DNA of 64,000 nucleotides from Chloroflexota bacterium (GTDB lineage Bacteria > Chloroflexota > Anaerolineae > J102), in NCBI GenBank assembly GCA_041918515.1, contig JAYRVO010000048.1:13234-77233 (forward strand), written 5' to 3'. Shown here piece after piece: positions 19,001 to 26,327 of the stretch. Below the pieces are notes generated by a model. The model had not been told where the DNA came from. It made no database searches and saw only the letters and a program-made list of their open reading frames with translations. A program made the translations under genes and the position numbers. Positions within the stretch are counted from its first letter, which is position 1. Every line of letters begins with the position of its first letter.

Positions 19001-22000
19001 GCCGACGCCGCTGGCCGTGCAGTTCCAGGTGAAGGTCGCGGTCCCGCCCGCGCTGATGTTCTGCGGCGAGGCCGAGGTGAGCGTGCAGGACGCCGAGGCG
19101 GTGCCCGAAAGGGTCGCCGGCGCAATCGAGGCGGTCACGCCGCTGATGGCCTGATCCGACGCCAGAACCATGCTGGCCTGGATGACGTTGCCCGTGTACA
19201 CGCTCGTCGGGCTGGCCGACAGGGTGTTGGTGGTGGCCCTTAGGGCCGGGATGGTCCAGTTGATGACCAGCGCTGGCTCCAGCCCGGCGTTTTCGCTGTC
19301 GTTGATGTCGGCGCGGTTCGTATCCTGGAGGTTGCCAAGCAGCGCGATACCGTGGTTGGGCTGGCCGTTCTTGATCCAATCCCGCACCAAGCCCGTCACG
19401 TCAATCGCTGCGGGCGTAGCCACTGACATGTCAATCGGCCCGTAGACCGGCGTGCTGCTGTAATCGCTGGCCGAGAACGTGAGGTTCGCCCAATCGCCGG
19501 CGCCGGCGCCGTCCGAATCGTTCCAGGTGGCCGCGGTCTCGGTCCAATCCGTGATCATCCGGTAGACGTTGGCGTCCCACACGATCGTCGTCCTATCAAC
19601 CTTCACCGCCAGGGTTGCACTGTCAATGGTGAGGCGGCCGTCGGTCGGCACGCCGCTGAGATCGAATTTCATCAGGCCGACACGCTGCCGGCTTTGGGTC
19701 ACATTGGGCAGAACACTGACAAGCCCGGCCTCGAAGTTGTTGGTGGGGCTATTCTGGTCGATGTAGACGTCGCCCAGCGTGGAGGTGGTGTTCACCGTGC
19801 CGCTGCTGCTGGGCGCGCCGGGATCCACACCTGGCGTGCCTGCGATCGGGGTATAGGGATTAATCGCCCCGCCCGCGTTGGCGCTGCCGGCCACATAGGT
19901 CGTGCCCGTGGGGATGGTGTCGGTGACCGTCGCGTTCGTCAGAAGGCTGCTGCCGGTGTAGTGCGTCTGGATCGTGTAGGTCAGCGTGTCGCCGGGGTTG
20001 GCGTTGGCCTTGTCCACCGCCTTGCTGATCGGCGAAGGGGGCGGCGGCACGTAGACGAACGGGAAGTCTACATCGGTGCGGCTTGGCCCCAGCGTCACCG
20101 GGGTAGGATCGTTGACCGACGACCGCAGCGTATAGCCCGCCGGGATGTCGGCGTCGGCCTGGTTGATGTCCACGAGGTAGTTGCCCGCGGGCAGGTTGGC
20201 GAAGGTGTAGAGACCAGTGATCGAAGAGCTGGTCGTTTGGATCAGCACATCGGCCGCATCCAACACACCGACCGTGCCCAGGTCCTGGTAGATGGCCAGT
20301 CCTACGTTGGGCAGGGGCGTGTCCGTGCCGGCCTCGTAGGTGCCGTTGTTGTTGGCATCGATGAACACCTGGTCGCCGACGCTGAAGGTCCCCGGCGGCA
20401 CGTCCTTGTGGAAGCCGAAATCGGCGGCCGTGTACGCGCCGGCCAGCGTGCCCACGTTATGCGGGTCGCTCGTCGTGGCGGTGAAGACGCCGCCGCCGAA
20501 GTAGGTGGCCAGGTCGGGGTCGGTCTGATCCACGTCCACCAGGTATTTGTAGCCAGTGGCCAGGTTGTTGAAGCTGTAGGTTCCACCGGCGATGGTCGCG
20601 GTCGTCGCCACCAGCGCGTCGCCAGCGTCGATGACGCCATTCCCGTTGCCATCTTCGTACAGCCGCACGGTGATGTTGGGGATGCCGGCGTCGCCGGCGT
20701 TGAAGGTCGCGCTCAGGTCCTTGTCGTCGAAGACCTGGTCGCCGATGGCGCCGGCGCCGGCCGGTTTGTAGCCGAAATCGGCGCCGAGGTAGACCTCATC
20801 GGTAGCCAGGTTCTTGGCATAGCTCAGATTGTAGGGCGATCCGTCCGGGTCAGCGGTCAGCGACCAGCCGGCAGGCACGCCGCCGCTCCCTGGCGCCGGC
20901 ACGCTGACGGTGTAGCCGCCCGGCGCCAAGCTGGCGAACAGGTATTGGCCGTTGGCGTCGGTGACAGCGGTGACGGTGCTGGCGTCGGGTCGGGTCAAGG
21001 TGACGGTCACGCCCGGCATGCCTTCTTCGCCCGCATCTTGGGCGCCGTTGCCATTCCAATCACGGAAAATGGTGTCGCCGATCTTGCCGGCGCCTTGGTC
21101 GCCCGCGGTCACGCAGGCTTCCGAGCCGGTGGTGATGGGGATGCCGTTATCCACGACGCGGTACATGTTACAGTACGAGCCGGGCGCGATATTGGCGGGC
21201 GCTTTGGCCGTGAAGGTGAGCTGCAAGTCCTTGCCGGCCTGGATGGCGGCGGGCACGGTGAAGGTGGGCTGGTTGGGGTTCGTCGCGTTGACCGTGGTCT
21301 GGGGCACGGAGGCGCCGTTGACCTTGACCTGACCGACCAGGCTCTGGTAGGTGAAGCCGGCTGGCAGGTACTCGTTCAGCACGACCGGGCTGGCGCTGGC
21401 GGCGGTGCCGACGTTTTTGACCAGCAGGGTGTAGTTCACCGTGCCGCCAGGGGTCACGGTGCTCGAACTGGCGGTCTTGCTGGGCACCAGATAGGGATAG
21501 CCGCCTGAGGTGGTGCTGTCGCACACTGTCTGTGTGGGCAACTGGCTGGAAGAGATGTCCATGCAGTTGTCCAAGAAGCCGGTGCCCCTGGCTGTCACAG
21601 AGACGGTCGCCTCCCACTTCTGGCCGGGCAACAGCGAGCCCACGTTCCAGACCAACGGGTTGGGGCCGCCGTTCTGCGCGGGCGCCGCGCTGATGAAGGT
21701 CACGCCGCCGGGCAGGGTGTCGCGCACCACCACCGAGGAGAGTGTAAAGCCTTGAAAGTTGTAGACCTTGAGCTTGTACTGGAAGGTGTCGCCGACCTTG
21801 ACGATCTCGCGCGTCGCCGGTTTCTGCGCGGCCAAACAGCCGTTCCAGGTGGCCTCGGTCGGCTCGTAATAGCGCCAGAGATGATCTTTGCCGTTGTCGG
21901 TGCCGCCAGCGTCGCCGCCGAAGGTGTCGCTATGAAAGACCGGGCAACCGGTGGGATCGGTGATCTCGGCCACGCTGTCGACTCTCACCTTGACCCAGGC

Positions 22001-23197
22001 GTACTCCGGCCGATAGGCGGTGAGTTGGCCGACCGCCCAGCGAATGGCCTTCGGGCTGGCGCCGTCGGTTTGCGAGACGGTGGCGGGCAGGGGTGTGGCG
22101 GGACTGAGGGCGAAGCCGACATTACTCCCATCGATGTTGGCATAGCCGAGGGTGGTGCTAACTAGGCCAGGCTGGTCCTTGGCAATGCGACTGCCAGGAT
22201 ATCGGATGCGCTGCCAGGGGCCGATCTTGCTGTTGCCCATGGCGGCCTGCACCGCCGGTTTGTCCTTGACGCTGGCCAGCCACTGATCCCAGTCGAAGTT
22301 CCAGGCGTAGCCGCTCTGGGGGCCGCCAGTGCCGGCGGCAAAGCCCCACGGCGCATTGCCGCGGCCATCGCCGTAGTCGACGATGGGCAGGTGTGGCCAG
22401 CCGGCTGTGCTGTAGGTCGTGCCCTTGGCGCCCCAGGCGAAAAGCTGCTCGGCGTCCCACTTGTTGCAGGGCACCACCGTGTCGCCGCTGTTGTTGGTGA
22501 TCGTCTTGCCGTTGGCCGCGGTGAAGGCCAGACTGCCGCATTTGTTGGCGTAGATGTTGGCGTTGTTCCAGTCACCAGTGAATTTCTGCCAGGAGCCGTA
22601 CGCTGTGTCCTGGTCGGTGGCGTAGAAGATGCCGGTGTCGCCGTAAAGGCCAGCGATGGTGCCGCGATGCAGACCGCCGGCCGTGGCGGGCAGCTCGGTC
22701 ACGCCGATGATGTTCGGCCCCGCGGCGGGGATGCCCGCCATCTCCGTGGTGGTCTTGGCGCCGATGGGGCCGTCGCCAATGGCGATGGGCGACTGGCCTT
22801 TCATCGATACTTTGACGAAGCCGCCAGAACCGTCGGGTACGACGTAGGCCGTATCGAGCACCGTGACGCCGTTGGGCACGTAGAAATCGATGTGCCCGCC
22901 CACGCCGGTGCTGGTGCCGTCGCGCGGCACGACCTTGATGATCAACCCGATTTCATCGCCGGCTTGCAGCAGGGGGTCGGGCGGGGTCCAGCCGGGCGCG
23001 GCCATGCGATTATCCAGGAGCGCCTGGCTGGCCGGGTCCATGAACATCGAAATCGCCCGCGTCTGCAGGTTGTGAGCGGTGGCGGTGGGCGCCGGGGCGC
23101 CGGGGATCACCTCTGGAAGCATGCTGACGAGCAGCGCCAGCACGGTGGCCAGGGCCAGTAAGGCGTATGAGCGGTGAGAGCGTGATTGGCGAAGCAT
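13070..23197 (-). CDS. giant secreted repeat-rich surface (adhesin-like) protein B, about 3375 aa
   Basis: This is ORF-track entry 13070..23362. The start is moved to ATG 23197 (residue 56 of the listed ORF), where MLRQSRSHRSYALLALATVLALLVSMLPEVIPGAPAP begins. That N-terminus is signal-like and parallels protein A, and AGGGGG lies 4 nt upstream. The protein contains:
- DUF11-type repeats (VVVRDTLPGGVTFISAAPAQNGGPNPLVWNVGSL; VVVTDTLPAQVTFASATPGYTGPNPLVWNVGSL);
- many SdrD-B modules;
- a DNRLRE-like segment (QRVGLMKFDLSGVP);
- a W-N-G-S-x-W repeat region;
- a C-terminal FN3-like domain plus a short hydrophobic/basic tail. Confidence 0.9.
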   Translation of the reverse strand: MLRQSRSHRSYALLALATVLALLVSMLPEVIPGAPAPTATAHNLQTRAISMFMDPASQALLDNRMAAPGWTPPDPLLQAGDEIGLIIKVVPRDGTSTGVGGHIDFYVPNGVTVLDTAYVVPDGSGGFVKVSMKGQSPIAIGDGPIGAKTTTEMAGIPAAGPNIIGVTELPATAGGLHRGTIAGLYGDTGIFYATDQDTAYGSWQKFTGDWNNANIYANKCGSLAFTAANGKTITNNSGDTVVPCNKWDAEQLFAWGAKGTTYSTAGWPHLPIVDYGDGRGNAPWGFAAGTGGPQSGYAWNFDWDQWLASVKDKPAVQAAMGNSKIGPWQRIRYPGSRIAKDQPGLVSTTLGYANIDGSNVGFALSPATPLPATVSQTDGASPKAIRWAVGQLTAYRPEYAWVKVRVDSVAEITDPTGCPVFHSDTFGGDAGGTDNGKDHLWRYYEPTEATWNGCLAAQKPATREIVKVGDTFQYKLKVYNFQGFTLSSVVVRDTLPGGVTFISAAPAQNGGPNPLVWNVGSLLPGQKWEATVSVTARGTGFLDNCMDISSSQLPTQTVCDSTTSGGYPYLVPSKTASSSTVTPGGTVNYTLLVKNVGTAASASPVVLNEYLPAGFTYQSLVGQVKVNGASVPQTTVNATNPNQPTFTVPAAIQAGKDLQLTFTAKAPANIAPGSYCNMYRVVDNGIPITTGSEACVTAGDQGAGKIGDTIFRDWNGNGAQDAGEEGMPGVTVTLTRPDASTVTAVTDANGQYLFASLAPGGYTVSVPAPGSGGVPAGWSLTADPDGSPYNLSYAKNLATDEVYLGADFGYKPAGAGAIGDQVFDDKDLSATFNAGDAGIPNITVRLYEDGNGNGVIDAGDALVATTATIAGGTYSFNNLATGYKYLVDVDQTDPDLATYFGGGVFTATTSDPHNVGTLAGAYTAADFGFHKDVPPGTFSVGDQVFIDANNNGTYEAGTDTPLPNVGLAIYQDLGTVGVLDAADVLIQTTSSSITGLYTFANLPAGNYLVDINQADADIPAGYTLRSSVNDPTPVTLGPSRTDVDFPFVYVPPPPSPISKAVDKANANPGDTLTYTIQTHYTGSSLLTNATVTDTIPTGTTYVAGSANAGGAINPYTPIAGTPGVDPGAPSSSGTVNTTSTLGDVYIDQNSPTNNFEAGLVSVLPNVTQSRQRVGLMKFDLSGVPTDGRLTIDSATLAVKVDRTTIVWDANVYRMITDWTETAATWNDSDGAGAGDWANLTFSASDYSSTPVYGPIDMSVATPAAIDVTGLVRDWIKNGQPNHGIALLGNLQDTNRADINDSENAGLEPALVINWTIPALRATTNTLSASPTSVYTGNVIQASMVLASDQAISGVTASIAPATLSGTASASCTLTSASPQNISAGGTATFTWNCTASGVGELRFTGNASGTWSGSPYSFVQSTSNSARVLPPGTPDTVTWSLGSNTAGAPGYSAGGGSGWGGNPTTGMAVWYSNSTSATKYNPWNGSGFTGAANTASLGTITQGLQGASTPTRNEKIVLGIDAFGALVGEVWNGSAWTLIPGTSLGAPGFGYPWAYDVAYEQTSGDALVVFADASNTLKYATWNGSSWTNTTAVSDYPTLAGASPAKRVALASKPGSNEIALVVTENVGKTMAWIWNGSSWGSGTLLQSGTGFPNTSSSVAYESLSGNIMVVYGKGFGVTTAFYRIWNGSTWSTEASTAPPGTITTNFNFSTLASDPQSDRIVLGVTTASGTAMTWMNVWDGNAWGTAVMGSATAGSINYPSVDVAFEGTSSEALAVFNDASLPNIYYKFWKPATGWLAVPGLGLNIGARANIITLSPDPNADRIMVAAQDINDDLHYTLWPGNAPFDPAVILETSTGGTAGNNQPFLFLWDNIPWTSSQVSQSSDDAEEAGPDATGSHPPGYMDLTSSDIESTTDNDTSAGYSGGTQKIGLRFNTLNVPQGATITNAYIVVRAEAADAPNTNNGATSLTIRGQAANNPTTFTSTAYDITNRSTTTASVAWSPATWTAGADYSTPDLKTIVQEIANRAGWASGNSMAFIVTGTGSRTAESWDGAGTNPPRLVIEYTIPSGPALRNVMAAAPTLVTAGSTITVTQVLTATQSIASVSPNTLVITGTNGVNATLLTGPTPASATIGAAPTTFTWTYQATGTNIGQLTFGGNATDGSNTWPNAKTNSVIVHPLLTFQATVNNPATVNPVTNKGYIKDASVIPLSPSNTVQTLIGASIGDRVWADLDGGGDQDVGEPGISGVQVCATPVGGGATVCATTDSQGIYHIYGLTNGVQYTVTMTPGTIPANYLPTTASTLTRTASVSTPVTDADFGLRPPGTASIGDTVCLDTGENGCDASDAGLPGITVKLYKDLTNNGLTGDDILMTTTATDASGIYTFTGLYGGDYLVQVDTSSTVTSPYDGTTTIAAAMDLVSGTNPHDVTLSNGQAYTTADFGFNWGGSIGDYVWWDNNINRQQDESTPIANAIVLLYFDANTNGILDQLNGDIQVGFDMTDANGLYLFDNLPPGRYLVDVYEDSITTNGARNIVPTTADVVFKNLGPNEDYLAADFGYYVGAKVEGNVFWDEDHNGVLDGVEQDPAHLLNNVTVNIVCLGADGVAGGGDDYTGSMDTGTQALPNGHFAFIVPPGPCTLTYDQPDIPAQYTDRTTPTSYTFTAVGGEDWHPSFDFGVDHGGKLGDTVWNDVNGNGVQDGGEPGFANVTLDLYLDADGNPATINDQTYLGNDVTDAFGKYEFVGLPDTTGSQQYVVKVVTSTLTFHYEQTSDPDDATPPCTGGECDNQGLATLTAGNSHLDDTVDFGYQYKPGGVVGATFTIAGFVWQDTSGEGTKNPGEPVIPGATVTVDCGPNGVFTTVSTANTFLSNWSVVGIPQGATCTIDVNESTLPSPAYVATTPATRTVTNIQNDVTGQNFGYKQWLGSISGTACSGNLTGDCVGGEPALSGVTVTLRYAGSDGILGTIDDVVSPRQTDVNGNYSFLTLTPGLYQVIETNPTNYSSLSDADSPNGFGNPDNITLTLDFGLDGIPGNADDRLIRINQDFEDAPPVDLSLAKSDRFDPAVPGSSLTYTITIANAGPGIANNVVVTDTLPAQVTFASATPGYTGPNPLVWNVGSLNVNATRTFTIAVTTNLGFTGVITNTATVRTTSSEPDLTNNSDQEPTTIATPASLGDFIYFDANGNGTQQSGETSGINGVTVTAVNQVTGQTYTTTTVNGAYLLSNLPPGTYSVSVPPSAPGMVRTSASPVIVTLLPGQNRSDVDFGYISPTGTALSSFTAEAGAGGVLLRWATMFEDDIDGFVVWRAPQAVGDYTAISDLIPSQDPTGASYEWLDASAESGQSYWYKLQSQPDGQFFGPILTAPEGGFKTLFTPLILRLR

Positions 23198-23382
23198 GAT
23201 GCCCCCTGGGTAAGCAAAGTCGGCAAGTGTGGGTGAGAGAACTGTTGTCGCTCTATAAGCGATGCATAGCCTATTATGTGATTTTCGGTACAACATTTCC
23301 AGTGATTTAGGCTTTATCGAGCTTACAGGTTGCTTACACTTTGCCCGTCCACAAAACAGCATCCCGCCAGAGTGAGTTGTAT

Positions 23383-23411
23383 ACCTGTCAGGTCGTACAG
23401 ACCTGACAGGT
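23383..23411. repeat. perfect palindromic hairpin (CCTGACAGG family), terminator-like
   Basis: ACCTGTCAGGTC-gtaca-GACCTGACAGGT is a 12-bp perfect stem with a 5-nt loop. It lies immediately 3' (on the minus strand) of the orphan tail fragment. The same CCTGACAGGT core forms the hairpin at 33198-33231. Confidence 0.7.
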
Positions 23412-23419
23412 GTTGGCCC

Positions 23420-23506
23420 CTAGCGGCGGCGGAGGATCAGCAGCGTGAACATGTTCTTGAAGCCGCCCTCGGGCGCGGTGAGGATGGGGCCGAAGAAGAA
23501 AAGCTT
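23420..23506 (-). pseudogene. orphan 3' fragment of a giant-protein paralogue (C-terminal tail only)
   Basis: The end of the 71-aa ORF 23420..23635 reads ...KLFFFGPILTAPEGGFKNMFTLLILRRR*. Gene B ends ...GQFFGPILTAPEGGFKTLFTPLILRLR*. The nucleotide alignment 23420-23500 vs 13070-13150 is about 80% identical in codon register. Upstream of about 23506 the similarity decays, and the ORF overlaps the promoter and start of the opposite-strand mttB-like gene. Confidence 0.6.
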
Positions 23507-23525
23507 ACGGTCTGCTTTCAACTGT

Positions 23526-23554
23526 TTTACAGCCTGCGGGCGGCTGATTATAAT
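23526..23554 (+). promoter_or_regulatory. sigma70-like promoter for the first MttB-family gene (near-leaderless)
   Basis: TTTACA (23526-23531), a 17-nt spacer, then TATAAT (23549-23554). The ATG at 23564 is only 10 nt past the -10 box and has no obvious Shine-Dalgarno sequence. Confidence 0.4.
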
Positions 23555-23563
23555 GGACGCCCT

Positions 23564-25084
23564 ATGATCAAGCCGGTCCGCTGGTCGACAAAGTTGCAGT
23601 TGCTCACGGAAGGGGCCCTCCACGACATTCATCACGCCAGCCTGCGCCTCCTGGAGCGCACCGGCATGGTGATGCCTCTCAGCCGCGAGCGCCAGGCGCA
23701 GGCCAGCGACCTGGGAGTACGAGTAGACCGCGCTGGGCAGCGCCTCTATTTTCCGCCGCAGCTGGTAGAGGCCGCGCTCAAGACGGCGCCGCGCTATTAC
23801 ACCCTGTGTGCTCGCAACCCAGAAAACGACATGGTTCTGGATGGGCTACACGGCTACCTGTGTCTGGACGGCTGTGGTACGCAAGTTCTGGATGGGGAAA
23901 CAGGCAAGGTGCGCGCCTCTGGTAAAGCCGACTTGCAGGCCGCGACGCGCCTGGCCGACGCCCTGCCCCAGATTTCGTTTCTGTGGCCCGCCCTCAGCGC
24001 ACAGGATTGCCCGCCGCCAGTGCAACCCTTGCACGAACTGGAGGTCCTGCTCACACATTCCTGCAAGCACGTTCAAGCCATGACGGCCGTGGATGCGCTC
24101 AATGCCCGCGGCTCCGTCGAGATGGCGGCGGAGGTGGCCGGTGGTCGTGAGGCTTTGGCCGCGCGCCCTATCCTCTCCGCTTTTCTGTGCAGCGTCAGCC
24201 CTCTCTCCTACAGCGCCGATGCTTTGCAGGCGGCCTGGGTCTTCGGCGAGGCGGGCATTCCCACCGGCTTCATGTGCATGCCCATCGGCTGCGCCACCGC
24301 GCCCGCCACCCTGGCAGGCAGCATGGCCCTGGCCAACGCCGAAGTCCTGGCTGGCGTGGCCCTCTTGCAACTGTTCTTCCCCGGCGCGCCCACGTTTTAC
24401 GGCTCCTGCGCCACGATGATGGACCTGCGCAGCGGCGGCATCACCAGCGGCGGCCCGGAAGATTTTCTGTTGCAGGCGGCGGCCTGCCAGATGGCGCACT
24501 TCTACGGCCTGCCCGCCAACATCGGCACGTTTGCCACCAGCGCCACCGCCAGCAACTGGCACGCGGGCGTGGAAAACGCTCTATCCGGCGCCATCAGCCA
24601 ATTCGCCGGCGTGGACATGATGTGCGGCGCCGGGCAACTGAACGGCGCCCGCATCTTCTCGTTCGCGCAGCTCCTGATGGATTGCGAGATCTACGACATG
24701 GCGCGGGCGGTGGCGCAGGGCTTCGAGGTGAGCGCGGAGACCCTGGCGCTGGATACCATTCACGAGACCGGCCCCCAGAACCATTTCCTCACCACCCCGC
24801 ACACCCTCGCCCACATGCATGATCTCTGGCAACCGACCATCATCGAGCGCGCGACCTGGGAAGACTGGGCGGCGCGCAACCGCCCTACTCCCGTTGGCAA
24901 AGCTCACGAGCTGGCGGCGGGATTTCTCGCAGACGCGCGCACACTGTCCCGGAGCGGAAGGCGGCGCGGCCTGCGCAATGAGACCCTGCAAGCGCTCGCC
25001 AGTTACGAACCGCAGCCATTGGCCTGCGCCGACCGACTCCGCGAGATTGTCGCGGACTATGAAAAAAGGAGTACAACACCATGA
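23564..25084 (+). CDS. trimethylamine methyltransferase (MttB) superfamily protein, non-pyrrolysine
   Basis: This is the ORF 23330..25084 trimmed to ATG 23564 (MIKPVRWSTKLQLLTEGALHDIHHASLRLLERTGMVM...). It is 506 aa and resembles MttB/MtgB-type proteins along its length. The frame is continuous, with no in-frame TAG. Confidence 0.7.
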   Translation: MIKPVRWSTKLQLLTEGALHDIHHASLRLLERTGMVMPLSRERQAQASDLGVRVDRAGQRLYFPPQLVEAALKTAPRYYTLCARNPENDMVLDGLHGYLCLDGCGTQVLDGETGKVRASGKADLQAATRLADALPQISFLWPALSAQDCPPPVQPLHELEVLLTHSCKHVQAMTAVDALNARGSVEMAAEVAGGREALAARPILSAFLCSVSPLSYSADALQAAWVFGEAGIPTGFMCMPIGCATAPATLAGSMALANAEVLAGVALLQLFFPGAPTFYGSCATMMDLRSGGITSGGPEDFLLQAAACQMAHFYGLPANIGTFATSATASNWHAGVENALSGAISQFAGVDMMCGAGQLNGARIFSFAQLLMDCEIYDMARAVAQGFEVSAETLALDTIHETGPQNHFLTTPHTLAHMHDLWQPTIIERATWEDWAARNRPTPVGKAHELAAGFLADARTLSRSGRRRGLRNETLQALASYEPQPLACADRLREIVADYEKRSTTP

Positions 25085-26256
25085 GTTTCATTTATGCTGT
25101 CCTGGGCGGCGGCCGCCAAGGCACTGCCGCGGCCTACGATATGGCGAAGTGGGGCGACGCCGCCAAAGTCCTCATCGCCGATGTGAATCTCGCCGCCGCG
25201 CAAGAGTCAGCCGCGCGGGTCAATGACCTGCTCGGCCAGACCATGGCGGAAGCCCAGCAGGTGGATGTGACCAACGTCGGGCGTTTGACCGAGTTCCTGA
25301 CCGGCGTGGATTCGTTTCTGTCGGCCGTCCCCTACTGGCATAACCTGGCGATCACGCGCGCAGCCATCACCGCCCGCGCCTGTATGACCGATCTGGGTGG
25401 CAACACCGACCTCGTGCGCGCGCAGATGCAGCTCAGTCCGCGGGCGGAAGCCGCTGGCATCGCCGTCATCCCTGATTGCGGACAGGTGCCGGGCCTGGGC
25501 ACCAGCCTCATCGTCTACACCATGTCGCTGTTGGACGAGACAGACGAAGTGATGATGTGGGATGGCGGCAATCCCCTGCACCCACAGCCCCCTTTCAACT
25601 ACATCCTCACCTTCAACATTGCCGGCCTCACCAACGAGTATGACGGCCCCGCCTATTTCATCCAGGATGGCCGCGTCACGCCGACGCCGACCTTTGGCGA
25701 CGACGAGTACGAGACCGTCGAATTCCCGGCGCCCATCGGCAAAATGGAAGCCTTCGTCACCAGCGGCGGCACATCCACCCTGCCGTGGACCTACGAAGGC
25801 AAGCTCAAAACCCTCTGGAACAAGACCCTGCGCTGGCCAGGGCATTTCGCAGATTGGAAGGCTTATATACGCGCCGGCCTGCTGGAGACCGATCCGATTA
25901 CGGTGCAGGGCGTACGCGTGTCCCCGCGCGAGGTGCTCCACGTCCTGCTCGACCCCAAGATACGCGCCAAACCCGGCGAACCGGATCTGGTGATCGTGCG
26001 CATCCTGGCCAAAGGCCGCAAACAAGGCCGCCCGGCTCAGGCCCTGCTCGACTTGATCGACCGCTACGATCCCTATACCGGCTTCACGGCCATGCAACGC
26101 ACCACCGGCTGGGATGGCTCGATCAAGGCCATCATGAACGCGCACGGTCAGACCCCGCGCGGGGTCTGGCCCGCCGAGATCGCTGTGCCCGGCCCACACT
26201 ACGCCGCCGAACTCCGCCGTCGTGGCTTCGATCTGGCCGAGACCGTCAAACCCTAA
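25081..26256 (+). CDS. saccharopine dehydrogenase family NAD(P)-dependent oxidoreductase
   Basis: N-terminal Rossmann motif MSFIYAVLGGGRQGTAAAYD. Its size (391 aa) and C-terminal region are typical of the Sacchrp_dh family. Its ATG overlaps the upstream stop (ATGA at 25081-25084), which suggests translational coupling. Confidence 0.65.
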   Translation: MSFIYAVLGGGRQGTAAAYDMAKWGDAAKVLIADVNLAAAQESAARVNDLLGQTMAEAQQVDVTNVGRLTEFLTGVDSFLSAVPYWHNLAITRAAITARACMTDLGGNTDLVRAQMQLSPRAEAAGIAVIPDCGQVPGLGTSLIVYTMSLLDETDEVMMWDGGNPLHPQPPFNYILTFNIAGLTNEYDGPAYFIQDGRVTPTPTFGDDEYETVEFPAPIGKMEAFVTSGGTSTLPWTYEGKLKTLWNKTLRWPGHFADWKAYIRAGLLETDPITVQGVRVSPREVLHVLLDPKIRAKPGEPDLVIVRILAKGRKQGRPAQALLDLIDRYDPYTGFTAMQRTTGWDGSIKAIMNAHGQTPRGVWPAEIAVPGPHYAAELRRRGFDLAETVKP

Positions 26257-26306
26257 AGGTTTCGGAAACCTTTAGGGTTTTTGTACCGAAACCTTTAGGG
26301 TTTTTG
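26251..26306 (+). terminator. rho-independent terminator with duplicated 3' arm
   Basis: CCCTAAAGGTTTC-g-GAAACCTTTAGGG followed by TTTTT (26251-26282), overlapping the TAA stop at 26254-26256. The 19-nt 3' arm plus T-run, GAAACCTTTAGGGTTTTTG (26265-26283), is repeated at 26288-26306. Confidence 0.7.
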
Positions 26307-26327
26307 GACCTTCAGGATTTTTGCACC

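Noticed and set aside
13680-23161. + strand ORFs inside giant gene B (14726..15571, 15926..17947 at 673 aa, 19694..21508 at 604 aa, 22391..23161) and out-of-frame minus ORFs
   Set aside because: The reasoning is the same. They are antisense or alternate-frame shadows of the 13070..23197 CDS, which has clear domain content.
23420-23635. 71-aa minus ORF as a real gene
   Set aside because: Only its last about 28 codons have meaning (homology to the gene B tail). The rest overlaps the promoter and start of the opposite-strand mttB-like gene and looks random. It is treated as a gene remnant.
25785-26327. 5' extension of ORF 25785..26957
   Set aside because: It overlaps the saccharopine-dehydrogenase-family CDS in another frame and runs through its terminator. 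The sensible start is ATG 26328.
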